Assembly (NCBI GenBank): GCA_002269645.1
Contig: NIVC01000356.1
Coordinates: 372,001 to 436,000, forward strand
DNA from: Macrostomum lignano
Taxonomy: Eukaryota
Reading direction: 5' to 3'
DNA length: 64,000 bases
Position numbers and translations under genes: made by a program
Shown: piece after piece, positions 60,181 through 64,000 of the stretch
Numbering within the stretch: position 1 is the first letter of the stretch
Layout of the letters: every line of letters begins with the position of its first letter
The notes under the pieces: model-generated
What the model saw: the letters and a program-made list of their open reading frames with translations, nothing else
Databases searched by the model: none
What the model was told of the DNA's origin: nothing

Positions 60181-63100
60181 ATGGTTTTTAGCTTCATTAC
60201 CAAATATTATCTAAGATATTACCATTTCATTATAACATTATAAAAGATAGAAGCTAAAAAGTGCTAAATAGTCTCAAAAAGAAATAAATGGTTCTTATTA
60301 ATAGTGGATATCATATAAAACATATGCTAAGAATTGAAGAAACCACTTATTAAAAATAATTCTTATGTATACAAAGATTTTTATTACTTCTTGGAAAGTG
60401 GGAATTGCCACAGAAAGTTCCAATAAAATAAGGGATTCATAAGGGACTTACTCATACTTTCAGTTCACAATCATTTACATGTATTTCTGCCATTTAAAAG
60501 ATCATAAACCAAAGTAGATATATAGCATAGGATCTTTTTCAACAAAAAGTTCTAGAACTTGAAATGATATAGAATAAAACCCCCTTAGCTTTGGTTCACA
60601 ATTGTTTACATATATTTCTCCTAATTAAAGCATCATAAACCAAAGTGGATATATAGGATTCTCTTCAACTTCAATGAACATTTTATTGATATAAACATGT
60701 TACTATCTCTTTGTATCATTTTATTCTATATTTATTTGGAACTGGCTACTTTCATAATTGAAAAAAGATTGTATTGACTAGATTGCTGGTTTGATATATG
60801 ATGAAAATGATATGTTTTGCCTTCTTATATCTTTCTTATAGGGGTTGTCACAAATTTAAATAATCATAAACCAAAGGAATGCCAAATACAATACCTTCTA
60901 CAAAGCTTCATATTGTCAATTTTGAAATGTTATTACTAGACAAATGATTTTTATTTTAAATTTTAATTAGATTAAGTTAGAAACTTAAAAAATGATTATA
61001 TTTGTATAATGTTTTTACTTCATAGATATAAAAAACAAAAACAAAATTTTTATATTTTTGTAAAAATTTCAAATTGTTTTGCATAAAAAACATAAAAAGC
61101 AGTTTTGCATTAAACAGTTATCAAATTTTACAATTATAATGCATGCATAGACAACTATTGCAACTATTATTTATTAATTATTTTATTTTATTTTTGGTGC
61201 ATGTCACATACCAAAATACTAAATGTGTATACCAATATCCCAAAATCATTTTTATATGCTAACATATATGCCAAATTTCTAGAGTGTACCCTGGAAATTT
61301 CCTATGTACATATCTTTTACCTGACTATGACTGACAAAGCATTATAAGACACAATGCCTATTCATAGGCCTCAATAGATCAGATAGCATTCTATTGCAAC
61401 TATGGTAATAACTATGGTTTATTTTTAAGTTCACCTTTTTTAATATTTTTCAACATTGTTCAACATTTTTAGATTAAAATGCTTGGAGTATATTTAATGT
61501 GCAATTTTTTTTTCACTTTTTTGTATGCATAGACCATAGTAAAAATCATGCATGGTGCATGCCCAAACAAAAATTGAATAGTTACAAATGCATACCAAAA
61601 AAATTAAGTGCATACGCACACTTAAATCTATGCCAGTATTGCAACAATAAATGACCTTTATTATTGCAATAGTATATGACCCTTTTGTGTTGCATAAAGA
61701 ATACTTTCTAGCAGATAATTTAATTGATGCTTATATTATCTATTGAAAAATCAATATACACAAACATTTGTATATATGCTATGTTATAAGCTTTGAAACT
61801 GAAAAGCTTGAAATTTATGCTTAAAAATAAACTTTTTGAAATGGTTTTTTCTCTTTAACAATAACTCTTCTATATGATTCTATGATATGCACACTAAGTA
61901 TTATATACTATTTTCTTATGAGTCCTGCATGCCAATTGTGCATGCCAACTTTTAGTATACATGGCCAATGCACACCTAAATTTTTGGGCATATACTTTTG
62001 GGTATTAGTGTATACCTGGTCCAGTAAGGAAAAAAGTACAAGACTACATTTATATGCTAGGACTAAAAATGTTTTTAACTTTGTATTTCAAAGTTATGCT
62101 TTTTTATTTTTGAATTCATTATTGATGCAGAGTAACAAACTTAAAAAGTATGCACTTTTGTAATATACTAAAAATATAATTATAAAAAAAGTACTTTAAA
62201 TACTTTTATTTGCTAAAAATTAAGAAAAAAGTTTTTCAAGGCAAAGTTAAAAAAATGTTTTTTATTATTCCTTGTTATGTGAATCCATGTTAATGGTGTT
62301 GCATGTAACATGTTTTACATAAAGGCACTTTATTTGATCCTAATATGTATATAGGTATGCCATAGATCTAAGCCAAAAAATTTCCATTGTGTCATGTATG
62401 CTGGAATATATGTTGATATATGCTGAAAAATGGCAAGTACCTGTCCTTTGTTATACAGTGGGAAATCCCTCCTAGTATACATGTCGCCTTTCAAACTATA
62501 GGTAATGCACGAGTGGACTTCCATTCCCACTGAAATCCATCAGTTGAAATTCTATGATTTGAATCCCATCTTCCAAATCATCTCTAAATCCTCTGTAAAA
62601 CCTTTCAAATACCATATCTTGTTTTCCCTGTTTGCAAAAACTGACTGCCATTGTCCAGACTCAGACTCTTCTGTCTCCTCTCTCTTCTTTGCTCTCTTAT
62701 CTCTAGTCTCATCTCTCATCTTTGTGCCCTGTGCTCTCATTTTTATCCTCTTCTTTCTCCTCACTAAATTCTCCTCTCTACATTTTCATCTCTCTCATTT
62801 GTGAACTACTCTCTCCTGTCTCCTGTCTCCCCTCTTCTCTCCTCTCTTATCTCTCATCTCCACCCTCTTATCTATTGTCTCTCCTCTACCCTCTTTCTTC
62901 TATTTCTCTCTCCTCTCTGCTTTCAATTTTCATATCTCCTATATGCTCTCACCTTCTCCTTTCTTATCTCCCATCTTTCTACCCTCCTTTCTACCATCTC
63001 CTGTCTTCTCTATTCTCTTTTATCTCTTATTCTCTAATCTCACTTTTCTTTTTTTTCCTTTCTCTTCTCATATTCTCCCCTCTCTTCTCTAATCTCTAAT

Positions 63101-64000
63101 CTCTTCTCTCTCTTATTTTCTCACTCATCTTTTTTCTCATTGCATCTCTCTTCTCTCCTCTCCTCACTACTTTCTTCTCTTAACTTTTTCATCTCTCATC
63201 CCTCATCTCACTCTTCTTTCTAGAAAACCTGGCGTAAGTTCCTAGGACCTTGGCATACATTTTAATATGAAGTGGCATAGATTTTTTAGGGGGGACTTTT
63301 TAATCTGGCATATACCATGACATGATCCTAACTATGGCCCCTGTGGACAAAGGTTAGGGTGGCTTTTTTTATAAACAGACCGCCAACCTCTACTAGAAAG
63401 ACAGAAGGGCCAAAAAGGTTAAGAAATCAGTTTTCTGCTTTTTTAGGGATCTTAAAATGTGAAAATGAAATATTAAAATAGCCTAAAGCCAATTCTAGAC
63501 AATTTTCTGTTTTCCCATCCCATATAAGTTTCTTCTATGTTGAGTTGCAAGTAGCCTAGGATAGGGGTTCCAGTGAGGTTTTGAAACATTTTTTATTCTT
63601 GGATATTTTTGGGCAGCTAAGTAGATCTCTGCAACCAAAATCCAAAATGGCCTCACTTGTTAATTTCTGTCAAGGAATAAAAAAGTTATAGCATTTTTAG
63701 TTGTATAAAATTTTGTAATTCCTTATGGCATTTTTGCATTACGGCCTGTGACCTTTTTTGCACAAAAAGTACAATTTTTCATATACTTTTATTTATAACT
63801 TTTTTGTCCCTTATCCAATTTTAATATGTTTGGTGTCATTTTTTTGCATTTTTTATATTTTTTGTGGCCCTATTAGAGTCTTTTTAAAGACTAAAGGGCC
63901 TTGGCTAGTAGGCCTGGTTGGAGTCGGCTAGATATGCTGAAAATCATATGTGCAAATGTGTATTACATGTATATATGTGCATTTTTACAATACATAGTAT
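60180..64000. other. AT-rich, CpG-depleted segment of different composition (foreign, old TE or chimeric join)
   Basis: Only a handful of CG dinucleotides in ~3.8 kb, rich in CA/TG (CATGCATG), no minisatellites. The rest of the window is CpG-rich. Confidence 0.65.
62650..63230. repeat. CT-rich low-complexity tract
   Basis: Direct inspection. Confidence 0.8.

Overview
Eukaryotic (animal) genomic DNA. GC-rich exons with poly-Gln/Ala/Gly tracts alternate with introns almost entirely filled by minisatellites. This architecture resembles the flatworm Macrostomum; the species call is inference. By manual splice-site and phase walking I can build six spliced genes, all on the minus strand. In transcription order they are: DJ-1/PARK7 (first coding exon not found in the window), DIS3L2 paralog b (~1074 aa), a d4/DPF (BAF45-type) double-PHD gene whose PHD1 is split across reading frames, ATG7 (~683 aa), DIS3L2 paralog a (~1190 aa, divergent, with an Arg-rich acid-free N-terminus), and an unidentified gene that runs off the left edge. 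About 35 distinct tandem arrays are present, including an 11-kb 26-bp satellite inside the DPF intron. Other repeats are a 171-bp hairpin MITE with an 8-bp TSD, two tRNA-derived SINEs (one CORE-like, one with a 16-bp TSD) and a 1.2-kb TIR element that splits an array. The last ~3.8 kb is AT-rich, CpG-depleted and compositionally foreign. Most long ORFs in the supplied track are translations of repeats. The best leads are the DIS3L2 pair (one copy possibly mitochondrial), an operon/trans-splicing-like gene arrangement, and the DPF frameshifts with the AP-1/GATA satellite. Exon models are hand-derived and repeat boundaries are approximate.
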